Source of the DNA: Candidatus Latescibacterota bacterium
Lineage (GTDB): Bacteria > Latescibacterota > UBA2968 > UBA8231
DNA length: 64,000 nt
Direction of reading: 5' to 3'
Assembly: GCA_965215195.1 (NCBI GenBank)
Contig: CBDCDC010000002.1
Span: 1,472,001-1,536,000 of the forward strand
Positions 47,630 through 58,054 of the stretch are shown here, one piece after another. The notes under the pieces are model-generated. The model saw only the letters and a list, made by a program, of their open reading frames with translations, ran no database searches and was not told the DNA's origin. Within the stretch, counting starts at the first letter, position 1, and each line of letters opens with the position of its first letter. The translations under genes were made by a program, and so were the position numbers.

Positions 47630-49303
47630 TTGCGCGTCTTTCCGCTGTTTTTCGCCGCGCTTCTATGCGCCCCCCCCCTGCGCGCCCAGCCCCAATTTAG
47701 CGACCAAACCGCGGCCGCTGGCATCACCTACCGCAATGTATTCGGCGGGAAAGAGAAGCACTACATCCTAGAGTCTCACGGCAGCGGCGCGGCCTTCTTC
47801 GACCACGACTCCGACGGCGACCTCGACCTCTACATAGTCAACGGGGCCACCTTTGCCACGTACCGCGACCGCTCGGGGCCGGGCAACGCGCTCTACCGCA
47901 ATCGCGGCGACCGGACTTTTGTGGAGATCACGCGAGAAGCCGGGGTCGGCGACGCCGGCTGGGGCAGTGGCGTGGCCGTGGGCGACATCGACAACGACGG
48001 CCGCCCAGACCTCTATGCGACCAACTACGGAGCCAATGTGCTCTACCACAACCGCGGCGGCGACCGCTTTGCCGATGCGACCCGAGAAGCGGGCGTTGGC
48101 GGCGATCAATACAGCGCCAGTGCGGCCTTCTTCGACTACGATCGCGACGGCGACCTCGATCTCTACGTGGCCAACTACGTGGTCTTCGACGCCGAGCGCC
48201 TACCGCCCGAGCCCCAGCTCTGCACCTTTTTCGGCGGCCTCCGCGTCTATTGCGGTCCCAAAGGCTTAGTCGGCGCACCGGATGTGCTCTACCGCAACGA
48301 GGGCGACGGCGCGTTTACCGACGTCACCCAAGCGTCGGGCGTGGCGGCCGCCAATCGCTACTACGGCTTGGGCGTGGTGCCAGCCGATTACGATTCCGAT
48401 GGCGACAGCGACCTCTTCGTGGCCAACGACGAGACCCCCAACGTGCTCTTCCAAAACGAGGGCGACGGCACCTTCCAAGACGTCGCCCTCATCGCCGGCG
48501 TGGCGTACAACGGCGATGGCGATGTCGAAGCCGGCATGGGCGCGGACTTTGGCGACTACGATCGAGACGGCGACCCAGATCTGTACGTGACCCACTTTTT
48601 TACCGAGACGAACACGCTCTACCGCAACGAAGGCGGCGCGCGTTTCTCCGACGTCACGACCACGGCCGGCCTCGCCGCGCCCACAGTAGAGCTGTTGGGG
48701 TGGGGAACGCGCTTTTTCGACTACGACAACGACGGTCGCCTCGACCTCTTCGTGGCCAACGGCCATGTATATCCGCAGGTCGACCAAGCCACAACCGGCA
48801 CCACCTACCGCCAGCCCAATCAGCTCTTCCGCAACGGGGGCGACGGCCGCTTTGCCTTGGCGTCAGCCGGCCCCGGGTTGGCCAAAGTCAGCCGCGGCAC
48901 CAGCTTTGGCGACTACGACGACGACGGCGATATCGACCTCTTCGTGGTCGAGCTCGACGACGCGCCGACTCTGTTGCGCAACGATGGGGGGAATGCGGGA
49001 AACTATCTCGTGGTGCAGGTCTTTGGTCGCGAGGACAACCGCGATGGGGTCGGCACGCGCATCGGCCTGCAAGCGGCCGGCCAGCGCCAGTGGCGCACGG
49101 TCAACGGCGCGGGCAGCTACCTCTCGCACAGCGACTTGCGCGTCCATTTTGGATTGGGCGCGGCGCAGGCCAGCGACCGCGTCGAAATCACCTATCCCAA
49201 CGGCAGCACCTACGCGGTCGAGAACGTGCCCGCCAACAAGCTCTTAGTCGTCCGCCAAGGGCAGGGGCACGCCCTCCTCGAACTAGGTGCGAATCCTTTT
49301 TAA
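47630..49303 (+). CDS. CRTAC1/ASPIC-UnbV FG-GAP repeat protein
   Basis: Multiple DxDxDGDxDL repeats, HFGLG C-terminal domain. Confidence 0.9.
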   Translation: MRVFPLFFAALLCAPPLRAQPQFSDQTAAAGITYRNVFGGKEKHYILESHGSGAAFFDHDSDGDLDLYIVNGATFATYRDRSGPGNALYRNRGDRTFVEITREAGVGDAGWGSGVAVGDIDNDGRPDLYATNYGANVLYHNRGGDRFADATREAGVGGDQYSASAAFFDYDRDGDLDLYVANYVVFDAERLPPEPQLCTFFGGLRVYCGPKGLVGAPDVLYRNEGDGAFTDVTQASGVAAANRYYGLGVVPADYDSDGDSDLFVANDETPNVLFQNEGDGTFQDVALIAGVAYNGDGDVEAGMGADFGDYDRDGDPDLYVTHFFTETNTLYRNEGGARFSDVTTTAGLAAPTVELLGWGTRFFDYDNDGRLDLFVANGHVYPQVDQATTGTTYRQPNQLFRNGGDGRFALASAGPGLAKVSRGTSFGDYDDDGDIDLFVVELDDAPTLLRNDGGNAGNYLVVQVFGREDNRDGVGTRIGLQAAGQRQWRTVNGAGSYLSHSDLRVHFGLGAAQASDRVEITYPNGSTYAVENVPANKLLVVRQGQGHALLELGANPF

Positions 49304-49347
49304 TGAATAGCCATTCAGGCGTTGGTGCTCCTTGCGCGTCTAGCAAA

Positions 49348-49375
49348 GTAGGGCATAACGATCGTTATGCCCTAC
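49348..49375. repeat. GTAG-type REP palindrome, family B, copy 2
   Basis: GTAGGGCATAACGATCGTTATGCCCTAC perfect palindrome. Confidence 0.7.
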
Positions 49376-49606
49376 CGTCCTGCTACTTCACGTTTCAGCG
49401 GCCCTCAACGTCGAAGCCGGCTTGTCCGGCCAAGCGCGGCTGACACCCGACCGGCGGCCGCAAGCCGCAGACGCTGCATAAGAGCCTGCCCCTGCCAAGG
49501 CAGGGGATGCGGAACATCCATTTGTGTTCGTCGATCACCCGCTGGGCTTCTCAGCGGAATCGTCCACAGACATGAAACACCCCTACTACAAGAATGAAGG
49601 TTTTCA

Positions 49607-51184
49607 TTATCGCTGGACCGTAACGCCTTTTGCTTCGAGGGCGGGGATGTGTGTGTTGATTGACTCGTCACTGAGGGTGGTAACGCCAGTCAGAAACAGA
49701 AAGTCCAAGTTGGTCAGGCTGAGCAACGGACTCACATCCGTAATAGACGTGTTACTCAGATTCAGCTCTTGCAAGTTGGTCAGGCTCGTCAACGAAGCCA
49801 CCCCCGCATCCGTAATGGACGTGCCACTCAGACCCAGATCTGTCAACTTGGTCAGGCTCGTCAACGAAGCCACCCCCGCATCCGTAATGGACGTGCCACT
49901 CAGAAGCAGAAATGTCAGGTTGGTCAGGCTCGCCAACGGACTCACATCCGTAATGGACGTGTTACCCAGCTGCAGCGTGCCCAAGTTGGTCAGGCTCGCC
50001 AACGGACTCACATTCGTAATGGACGTGTTGTTACTCAGACGCAGCGTGCTCAAGTTGGTCAGGCTCGCCAACGGACTCACATCCGCAATCTGGTTGTCCT
50101 CCAGGTCCAGCCAAGTCAGCGCCGTCGCGTGTTCGAGGCCGGCCAAGCTCTGAATACTTGCAGCTACTGCTTCAAGCCGCGTTAGGGACGCCAGATCCTC
50201 GGGTGTAAGTTCGCCTGTCGGTTTACTCAGCGCCTGCCGCACCGCACCCTCTAAGTTGGCGTCGGCGAACGAGACTCCCGGGTCCGGAGGTGGATCCGGT
50301 GGCGGAGGTGGATCCGGTGGCGGAGGTGGATCCGGAGTCGAGGGTGGATCCGGAGCCGAGGGTGGAGTCGGGGCCGGGGCTGCTGCCGGGGCCGGTGGTT
50401 GCGGGTTCGGCAGGACGACGGAGACCTTGACGTCCCCTTCTATCAAGGTAGGCACCTGTGCGGCGAGGTCCGGTTGGCGAATGGGATTGTCCACCAAGCC
50501 CAACCAGTCGAGCCGGGTCAGGCCGTCCAACGGACGCACGTCCGCCACCGCGTTGTGCCCCAAGTCCAGCGAGGTCAGCTTCGTCAACCCTGCCAACGCA
50601 CTCACCGCTTCAATCGCGTTGCCCCACAGGTTCAGGTAGGTCAGCTTCGTCAACCCTGCCAACGCACTCACGTCCGCCACTTCGTTGCCCCACAGACTCA
50701 GCCATTTCAAATTGGTCAACCCCGCCAACGCACCCACATCCGCCACCTGATTGTGCCCTAAGTTCAGGTGGGTCAACTGGGTCAACCCTGCCAACGGACT
50801 CAAATCCACAATCTGGTTGCCCCACAGGTTCAGCGTGTCCAGCGCCGTCGCGTGTTCGAGGCCGGCCAAGCTCTCAATGCCTGAGACGTCTTGCTGTTCT
50901 ACGTCGAGCTTCGTCAGGGACGCCAGATCGTCGGCGGTCAGCGGGCCTTCGGGCTTGTTCAGCGTCCGCCGCACCGCAAGCTCCAAATTGGCGTCGGCAA
51001 ACGAGCCGATGGCGGGTGCGGGGCTGTCGGTTGCAGCGTCCGACGGCGTACTATCGGCCTCGGCCTGCCCGAGGGCTTTGCCCGCTGGCTCCGGCGCGAC
51101 CGGCGGATCGGAACAGGCCATCCAAGTAACCACTACGCCTAAAACGACGACACCGAGGGCGTTTATTCGCTTCCATAAAGGCAT
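49607..51184 (-). CDS. Internalin-like leucine-rich repeat lipoprotein with two LRR modules and a Pro-rich linker
   Basis: AGGAGG RBS, lipobox-like WMAC, two FADANLE..VR..L.KP caps, 22-aa LRRs, PPPPDP linker. Confidence 0.88.
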   Translation of the reverse strand: MPLWKRINALGVVVLGVVVTWMACSDPPVAPEPAGKALGQAEADSTPSDAATDSPAPAIGSFADANLELAVRRTLNKPEGPLTADDLASLTKLDVEQQDVSGIESLAGLEHATALDTLNLWGNQIVDLSPLAGLTQLTHLNLGHNQVADVGALAGLTNLKWLSLWGNEVADVSALAGLTKLTYLNLWGNAIEAVSALAGLTKLTSLDLGHNAVADVRPLDGLTRLDWLGLVDNPIRQPDLAAQVPTLIEGDVKVSVVLPNPQPPAPAAAPAPTPPSAPDPPSTPDPPPPPDPPPPPDPPPDPGVSFADANLEGAVRQALSKPTGELTPEDLASLTRLEAVAASIQSLAGLEHATALTWLDLEDNQIADVSPLASLTNLSTLRLSNNTSITNVSPLASLTNLGTLQLGNTSITDVSPLASLTNLTFLLLSGTSITDAGVASLTSLTKLTDLGLSGTSITDAGVASLTSLTNLQELNLSNTSITDVSPLLSLTNLDFLFLTGVTTLSDESINTHIPALEAKGVTVQR

Positions 51185-51393
51185 TGTTTGCCTCCTTTTA
51201 CGAAATAAAGGGGTGGATAGAAAGGAACAGGAACCGGCCGCCATGGCAGACGACGGCCACGACGTACAGACGAAGGCCGCACGGGCAACATGCGGCGAGG
51301 GGTGGGACGGATCGCCAAACGGCCGCTTGGGATCCGTCGCCAGTGCTTGAGCAGTAGAGAATCTAGCGCTTTAGTGCTTGAGCAGAATTTCGA

Positions 51394-51407
51394 GGGGGGG
51401 GGGGGGG
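51394..51407. repeat. Poly-G homopolymer (G14) upstream of the LRR gene
   Basis: Directly visible. Confidence 0.8.
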
Positions 51408-51772
51408 TAAATCATTGTTTTTTAATGACTTACGTAACATTTTTAGCAGGTCGAAAATCGGTGGTGTATTCGGTGCGCCACGCGCTGTAAAAGACAAACA
51501 CAACATCTCACGGCCTTGTATTCTATGGTCGCTACGTGAACAAAGCAAGGGATATTTGAAGTTGCAGTCCCCGGATAAAGAGACAGAACGTCCCCAAAAA
51601 ATTAAAGGGACCCACGACCCCTTATTCGGTAGTGGATTACACGGGCGGCGGGGACGGACCGGCGGGGGGCGCGTCGGACCAAGCCAACAGACCCCGACCC
51701 ACCGACCCGCCCAGCCGCCGCAAGAGGGGTGTCAATTGAGCCCATTCCTTTTACCGATATGAACCATCCATT

Positions 51773-51804
51773 CTGATGGTACGCACGGTGCGTAACGTCA
51801 GTTA
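51773..51804. repeat. REP-like palindrome, family A, copy 2
   Basis: CTGATGGTACGCACGGTGCGTAACGTCAGTTA, matches 392-423. Confidence 0.7.
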
Positions 51805-53064
51805 TTAACCCGCGCGGTGTGCGGCCCGCACCCGCTCGATTTCGGCGAGCCGCTCCTGCGCAGCCGAGAATTCGGGATGGAGCTTGAGGAGCTTTTCAAA
51901 GACCGCGGCCGCCTTGTTGACGTACCCGAACTCTAGGTGGAGTAGCCCCAAGTTGTAGGTGGCCTCTGGGGAGCGCGGCGATCGGCTTGCGGCCCGTTTG
52001 AGGCTGGCTAGCCGGCCCTCGTATTCCTTGAGCTTGGCAAAGACCTGCATTAGCTCGCGGCCCTCGGCACTGCGGCCCTGCTTGAGGTAGAGCTGGGCCA
52101 AGCTGTAGTGGGCACCCGCGTGGCCGGGATCGCGCTTTATGGCCTCCAAATAGTAAGTGGCCGCCTGTTCCTCGTGCCCTAACTTGGCCGTCACCGCGCC
52201 CAAGCGGTAATAGGAATCGGCGTGGGCCGCGTCCTCGAGCAAGCTCTGGTGAAAGTAACTCCGCGCCGCTTCGAGCTTGCCTTCTTGCTCGCTGATAACG
52301 CCGAGGTCGTAAAACGCATTGGCCGTCTCGACGCCGAGTTCCACGGCTCGCCGATAGGCCGCCCTAGCTTCTGCGTATTGGCTCAAGGCCATGTAGCTCT
52401 CGCCCAATTGCGCGTACACTCGCCCTTCGTCCGGGTGGTCAGCGAGGGCGCGCTGGTACTCGGCAATGGCTTCGCCCGGGCGGTGCTGCAAGTGATAGAC
52501 CCGCCCCAAATTGGCCCGGGCTTGCAGGAAGGTCGGCAGCAAGCGCACGGCTTCCTCGTACTGAGCCGCGGCCTCTGCGTAGAGGCCCTGTTGCTGGTAG
52601 AGATAGCCGAGATTGTAGTAGATCGCCCCAAAGTCGGGCCGGAGCGCGAGCGCCTGCTTATAGCTTTCCTCTGCTGCTAAAAAGCGGCCCAATCCGTCGA
52701 GCGCAACGGCGAGGCCGATCCGCGCCTCAAAGTGCTCGGGGGCCAACTCCAGTGCCTGTTCAAAGTGGGGGATCGCCGCGTCAAAGCGCTCTACAGCGGC
52801 ATGCGTCACGCCTAGATTGCTATGGGCTTGGGCGAGGTCTGGGTCCAGCTCAATGGCCTGCTGATAGTAGCGGGCCGCTTCGTCCATCTGGCTTTGGGCG
52901 CGCAAGCGGTCGCCTTGCGCGACGGCTTTTTGCGCGGCATTGGCCCGGTACTGCGAGTACCAGTACGAGCCGCCCAAGCCGAGGGCCAGCACCAGCGCGA
53001 CAGCTCCTATATACAAGAAGCGACGGCGCGGCACTTGCTCGCGGTTCTTTTTTTTGCGGGCCAT
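51805..53064 (-). CDS. TPR-repeat membrane-anchored protein
   Basis: N-terminal TM, many A..NLG/YYNLG TPR units. Confidence 0.9.
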   Translation of the reverse strand: MARKKKNREQVPRRRFLYIGAVALVLALGLGGSYWYSQYRANAAQKAVAQGDRLRAQSQMDEAARYYQQAIELDPDLAQAHSNLGVTHAAVERFDAAIPHFEQALELAPEHFEARIGLAVALDGLGRFLAAEESYKQALALRPDFGAIYYNLGYLYQQQGLYAEAAAQYEEAVRLLPTFLQARANLGRVYHLQHRPGEAIAEYQRALADHPDEGRVYAQLGESYMALSQYAEARAAYRRAVELGVETANAFYDLGVISEQEGKLEAARSYFHQSLLEDAAHADSYYRLGAVTAKLGHEEQAATYYLEAIKRDPGHAGAHYSLAQLYLKQGRSAEGRELMQVFAKLKEYEGRLASLKRAASRSPRSPEATYNLGLLHLEFGYVNKAAAVFEKLLKLHPEFSAAQERLAEIERVRAAHRAG

Positions 53065-53186
53065 CCGTGCGTTGCGTTTACTAGTCGGGGGAATACTTGG
53101 GCATGGGATCAGGTGCGCCGAGCGCGTCTAGCGCACCATTGCGAATGTATAGGCGGTCGCCTCAAATCCTGTACATCCCACAGGTC

Positions 53187-53639
53187 CTACTGCCGGACGA
53201 CCTCTAGCGCGGTCATGATCTGATCTTGGCCCCAAGTTCCTCCGAGCCGGAGCGAACTCGTCGCGATGGAGCCGGTGATGGTGTCTTCTTCTTTGGCGAA
53301 GGCATAGACCGTCTTGGCATTGAGGTAGCGCAGCTCCAAGGTAATCTGGTCGGGATCGTCTGGCTGGATAATGTCGATTGCCTGGATGAAATCGTTGCGG
53401 CCCTCGCCATAAACCAACCTCGCAGACACGGTGACTTTCTTAGGGGAAATCCGCACAATGCTCATTGAAACCGGGCGGTCTTGCCCGCTGACGCCATTGG
53501 ATAGGGCGAAATCCCCGGTGCCCTCGTATTCGCCGATCCAAGCATCGGCGTGATCGGACGTCGGCTGAACGGCTTCCTCCGAACCGCAGCTCAGGGTGGT
53601 CAACAGGCCCGCGAGGGCCAACCAAGTCCATTGCTTCAT
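53187..53639 (-). CDS. Hypothetical lipoprotein
   Basis: GGAGG RBS, lipobox LSC. Confidence 0.6.
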   Translation of the reverse strand: MKQWTWLALAGLLTTLSCGSEEAVQPTSDHADAWIGEYEGTGDFALSNGVSGQDRPVSMSIVRISPKKVTVSARLVYGEGRNDFIQAIDIIQPDDPDQITLELRYLNAKTVYAFAKEEDTITGSIATSSLRLGGTWGQDQIMTALEVVRQ

Positions 53640-53763
53640 CGCACGTACCTCCGCAGAGTTTTTATTCGGCAAAAGTATAGGGCACAACTCAGCGCGCATC
53701 AACCGCCTCGCGCCGCCGCCACTCGCCAATTCTGCCCTCAGTTCGTACACTATGCGTACTAAA

Positions 53764-56031
53764 ATGTATCCACTGCCAAAGACGCCAACGCGCCTAGGTA
53801 TCGCGCTCGCCGCTTTCTTGGGCTGCGCCTCTGAGCCGCCCCTTCCCGCGCAGAGCGCGCAGCACTACGAACAGGCCCGCCAACACCTAGCGGCCGGCCG
53901 TTTGGACACGGCCGCCCACGTGCTCGAAGCACTCGTCCAGCGCGATACCCTGCACTACGAGGCCGCGCTCGCGCTCGGGGAAATCTACTTGCGGCAAAGG
54001 CGCTACCAACAAGCCTTGTCTCCGCTCGCCCGGGCACAAAGGCTCGCGCCCGAGCGCATCGAGGCCCGGCTGCAGTTGGCCCAAACCCTGAATAAACTCG
54101 GGCGTCAAGCCGAGGCCCGCGCCCTTTTTGACGCCCTCGTGGCGGCCTTTCCCGGCAACGCGGTCGCCTGCATGGCCTACGCCGACCTCCTGATGACGCA
54201 AGACCAACCCGACGCCGCAGGGGCCCTCGCCCAGTACGAAGCCATCCTCGCGGTCGATCCCCGGCACTACCGAGCGCGCTCCGGCAAGGCCGCCTCGCTT
54301 TTGCGCTTGGGCGATTTTGCCGGCGCAGCCGCCCGCCTCGACAGCTTGCTCGCCGAGCGGCCGACCGACGTATATCTATCCTTCCTATTGGGCGCGGCCC
54401 ACCACCACTTGCGCCAGTATCCCGCGGCCGTCGCCGCGTACAAGCGCGCCATTGACGTCCTGCCCCCGGCCTCGCCGCAGCGCACGGTGCGCCAGTGGAA
54501 CCTGCGGCTGGCCTATATCGAGGCGTATGGCACCTACCCGGGCGACCTCGAACCGGCCTATCAGATCGGCTTGGCCCCACTGGCCGAGCCATCGCCAGTG
54601 CGCTTCACCGATGTGGCCGCAGCAGCCGGCGTTGGCAAGCGCGATCGGGGGCGCGGCGTGGCGTGGCTCGACTACGACAGCGACGGCGACCCGGACCTCT
54701 TCGCCGCCGGCATCCAAGCCCCGCACGCGCTCTATCGCAACGACGGCGACGGCCGCTTTGCCGATGTATCTGCCGCCGCCGACCTCGCAGACCCGCGCGG
54801 CGGCTGGGCGGCCATTGCCGCAGACTACGATGGCGACGGCCACCCAGACCTCTTTGCCACCCGCGAGGCTTGGGAGGGGCTCGCGCCCAACTCGCTCTAC
54901 CGCAATCAGGGCGATGGAACCTTTCGCGAGGCCGCACCCCAAGCCGGCGTCGCCGGCACCGACGACAGCTTCATGGCCGTCTGGACCGACTACGACAACG
55001 ACGGCCTGCCAGATCTGTACGTGGCCTCGGGCATCACCGGCAGCGGGCGGCCCAACCGCCTCTACCACAACCAAGGGGACGGCACCTTTGCCGACCGCGG
55101 CGCACAGGCTGGCGTGGCCTACCGCGGCAAAACCCTCGGCGTGACCTGTGGCGACTACGACGGCGACGGCGACAGCGACCTCTACGCCATTGACGTGGCC
55201 GCCCCCAATCGCCTCTACCGCAACGACGGGCACCACTTCAGCGACGTCACGGCCGCGGCCGGCGTGGCCAAACCGAGCGAGGGCAGCTACGTGGGATTTT
55301 TCATCGACGGCGACGGCGATGGGGACGGCGATCTCTTCGTCTCGGCCATGAACTTCTACGAAGACATCGTGCAGTCGCAGGTCACCGGATTGGCCTTGCG
55401 GCCGACCCGCGCCTATCTGTACCGCAACGACGGGGCCACCTTCCGCGACATTGCCCCCCAGCAGGGGCTGGCCCGCTCCTTTGGCTCAATGGGCGCGGGC
55501 TATGGCGACGTGGATTACGACGGTCTAATCGACATCTACCTGACCAACGGCGGCCCCTTAATGGCGCGCTTTGAACCCAACACCCTGTTCCACAACCGCG
55601 GCGACCGCTTCGCCGACATCACGGCCGCGGCCGGCGTTGGCAACCCGGGCAAGGGGCACGGCGTGGGTTTTGCCGACTACGACCTCGACGGCGATCTCGA
55701 CCTCTATACCGCGGTCGGCGGCCACTACCCGGGCGACTTGTGGGCCAACAGCTTGTACCGCAACGAGGGCCACCACAACCACTTCCTCGGCGTGGATTTA
55801 GGGCCGCGGGCCATTGGTGCGCGGTTGCGCCTGCGCGCCCAAGACTTGCTCGGGGTCGTGGAAATCAGCAGCGGTCCGGGGTTTGGGTCGTCCAACAGCT
55901 TGTCCCCGGCCCTCGGCTTGGGAGCGCGCACCCGCGTCGATACCCTCGAAATCCGCTGGCCCACCGGCGCACAGCACGTGTACGCGGATCTAGAAATCGA
56001 CCGCTTCCACCGCTTTGCCGAGCAGCCCTGA
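53764..56031 (+). CDS. TPR + FG-GAP/CRTAC1 (ASPIC-UnbV) lipoprotein
   Basis: N-terminal TPRs, DYDxDGDxD repeats, C-terminal UnbV-like domain. Confidence 0.88.
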   Translation: MYPLPKTPTRLGIALAAFLGCASEPPLPAQSAQHYEQARQHLAAGRLDTAAHVLEALVQRDTLHYEAALALGEIYLRQRRYQQALSPLARAQRLAPERIEARLQLAQTLNKLGRQAEARALFDALVAAFPGNAVACMAYADLLMTQDQPDAAGALAQYEAILAVDPRHYRARSGKAASLLRLGDFAGAAARLDSLLAERPTDVYLSFLLGAAHHHLRQYPAAVAAYKRAIDVLPPASPQRTVRQWNLRLAYIEAYGTYPGDLEPAYQIGLAPLAEPSPVRFTDVAAAAGVGKRDRGRGVAWLDYDSDGDPDLFAAGIQAPHALYRNDGDGRFADVSAAADLADPRGGWAAIAADYDGDGHPDLFATREAWEGLAPNSLYRNQGDGTFREAAPQAGVAGTDDSFMAVWTDYDNDGLPDLYVASGITGSGRPNRLYHNQGDGTFADRGAQAGVAYRGKTLGVTCGDYDGDGDSDLYAIDVAAPNRLYRNDGHHFSDVTAAAGVAKPSEGSYVGFFIDGDGDGDGDLFVSAMNFYEDIVQSQVTGLALRPTRAYLYRNDGATFRDIAPQQGLARSFGSMGAGYGDVDYDGLIDIYLTNGGPLMARFEPNTLFHNRGDRFADITAAAGVGNPGKGHGVGFADYDLDGDLDLYTAVGGHYPGDLWANSLYRNEGHHNHFLGVDLGPRAIGARLRLRAQDLLGVVEISSGPGFGSSNSLSPALGLGARTRVDTLEIRWPTGAQHVYADLEIDRFHRFAEQP

Positions 56032-57231
56032 ATGGCGCGGCCCCTGCTCTGCGCGGCATTCGCGCTCGCCTCCTGCGCCTCCGAGCCAACGCCGGCACCG
56101 GATGCAGCCGAGCACCGCGCCCTTGCCCGCGCTCACTTTGCGGCGACCCGCTTTGAAGAAGCGGCCGCAGCCGCCCGCGCCGGGCTAGCCCTCGACTCAA
56201 CGGACGCAGACCTCCACAATGTGCTGGCCTCGTCCCACGCGGCTCAGGGCCGCTACGCGCTGGCCATAGAATCCCTCGAAACAACCGTCCGCCTCAAGCC
56301 CGATTACGCCATGGGCTTTGTCAACCTCGGCGGGATCTACACCAAGTTAGGTCAGTACGATCGCGCCGATACCTATCTCCAGCGCGCCGTCCAGCTCAAC
56401 CCGGACAACTCGCCGGTGCGCCGGCGCTTGGGCGAGCTGTACTTGGCCACGGGTCGCTACGCCGAGGCCACCCGCGAACTGCTCGAAGCCCTGCGCCTCT
56501 TTCCCAACGACGCCACGCTCTACTACTACCTCGGCCAAAGCCTTGCGGCCGAGGATCGACAGGCCGATGCCTTGGAGGCCTTGCAGCGCGCCACCTTGCT
56601 CGACATCGGCTTTGCCGACGCCTTCTATCGCCTCGCCACCCTCGCCCGCAAGGCCGGCCGCGACACCTTGGCGCAGCAGGCCCTAACGAGCTTTGAACAC
56701 CTACAAGCGCTCGGCGGCAAAGAGGTCAAGCGGCTGCGCGCCGCCATCCTCAACGCACCCGAAGAAGCCGCCCATCACTACAACCTCGGCCTGTTCTTCG
56801 TCCGGCACGGGTACTTTGCCCAAGCCGAGAACAAATTCGATCGGGCCGTCGCCCTGCGCCCCGGAGACCTCGTCCTGCTCAACCGCCTCGCTGGCGACCT
56901 CCTGAAGCTGCAACAGCCCGAAGCCGCGCTCCGCTACGTACAGGCTGCCCTCGATCAAGACCCGGGGTATTTTCCCGCCTTGCTCAAGGCCGGCCACATC
57001 GCCGGCCAACTCGGCCGCTACGACGAGGCCGTTGCCTACTGCCGCCGAGCGGTGGCAGTTCGTCCAGACGACGCCGAGGGCTGGTATCTCCTCGGCTTGG
57101 GCCTGTTCAGCAAGGGGGAACGCGCCGCGGCCGAACAGGCCTTGCAGCGCAGTCTAGCACTGAGCGCGGACGCTGAGACGCTGCACGCTAAGGCCCAGCA
57201 ACTTCTCAACACCCTGCAACAAACGCCGTGA
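56032..57231 (+). CDS. TPR-repeat lipoprotein
   Basis: LASC lipobox, TPR units. Confidence 0.85.
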   Translation: MARPLLCAAFALASCASEPTPAPDAAEHRALARAHFAATRFEEAAAAARAGLALDSTDADLHNVLASSHAAQGRYALAIESLETTVRLKPDYAMGFVNLGGIYTKLGQYDRADTYLQRAVQLNPDNSPVRRRLGELYLATGRYAEATRELLEALRLFPNDATLYYYLGQSLAAEDRQADALEALQRATLLDIGFADAFYRLATLARKAGRDTLAQQALTSFEHLQALGGKEVKRLRAAILNAPEEAAHHYNLGLFFVRHGYFAQAENKFDRAVALRPGDLVLLNRLAGDLLKLQQPEAALRYVQAALDQDPGYFPALLKAGHIAGQLGRYDEAVAYCRRAVAVRPDDAEGWYLLGLGLFSKGERAAAEQALQRSLALSADAETLHAKAQQLLNTLQQTP

Positions 57232-58034
57232 CCGCGCTGCTTTCGCTCCTTTTTCCCCTCGCCCTCCATCTCGCTTGTAGCGGGCCAGACCCCCGCGCCG
57301 AGGATTGGTCCCAACACTATCAAGCCGGGCGCACCGCCCTCGGCCAAAGCCGCTTCGCCGAGGCCGAACAAGCCCTATCCCACGCTCTGACGCTAGCCGA
57401 AGCGTTTGCCCCCGACGACCCGCGCTACGGCCGCACCGCCCACCAACTCGCCCAGCTCCACGTGGTGCGCGGCGAACTCGCGCGGGCCGAAAGCCTCTAC
57501 CAGCACTTGCGCGAGCGGCAAGCGGCCCTCCCAGACGATCATCCCGACAAGATGTTGACCCTCGACAAACTGGGCGACACCTACCGACTCCAGCAACGGC
57601 CGGCCGCGGCTGCCGCGCTCTACGGCCGCGTCCTCGCCTTTGAGCAGGCGCACCGCGGGGATGAGGAAGTTGCGGCGACCATGCAGAAGTTATCCGACCT
57701 CTACCGAGCACAAGGCGACCGCGCCGCGGCCGATTCCCTCGCGCAACGCGCCCAAGCCCTAACCCTCCGCGCCCGCGCCCATGCCCTGTTCCTCCAAGGC
57801 CACTACCAACGGGCCGCGCCCCTGTATCACAGCGCACTGTCCCTGCAAGCGGGCGATCATCCCGACATGGCCCGCACTTGTTACTACCTAGGCCGCCTGT
57901 ACGACGCACAGGATCGCTACCGGCAGGCCGAGCACTTCTACCGGCGCGCCCTCGCCGCGTCTCCCGCCAGCGATCCCGACCAAGTCGGCGCAGCACTCGC
58001 CGACCTGCTCGCCCGCAAGGCCACCCATCCCTAA
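57228..58034 (+). CDS. TPR (kinesin-light-chain-like) lipoprotein
   Basis: LAC lipobox, DHPD.A...LG.LY..Q.RY..AE motifs. Confidence 0.8.
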   Translation: MTALLSLLFPLALHLACSGPDPRAEDWSQHYQAGRTALGQSRFAEAEQALSHALTLAEAFAPDDPRYGRTAHQLAQLHVVRGELARAESLYQHLRERQAALPDDHPDKMLTLDKLGDTYRLQQRPAAAAALYGRVLAFEQAHRGDEEVAATMQKLSDLYRAQGDRAAADSLAQRAQALTLRARAHALFLQGHYQRAAPLYHSALSLQAGDHPDMARTCYYLGRLYDAQDRYRQAEHFYRRALAASPASDPDQVGAALADLLARKATHP

Positions 58035-58054
58035 CGCCCACAGGAGTCGCATTT

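Noticed and set aside
49690-50100. Possible CRISPR or DGR repeats
   Set aside because: 66-72-bp LRR coding repeats; no reverse transcriptase and no adenine-specific variation pattern.
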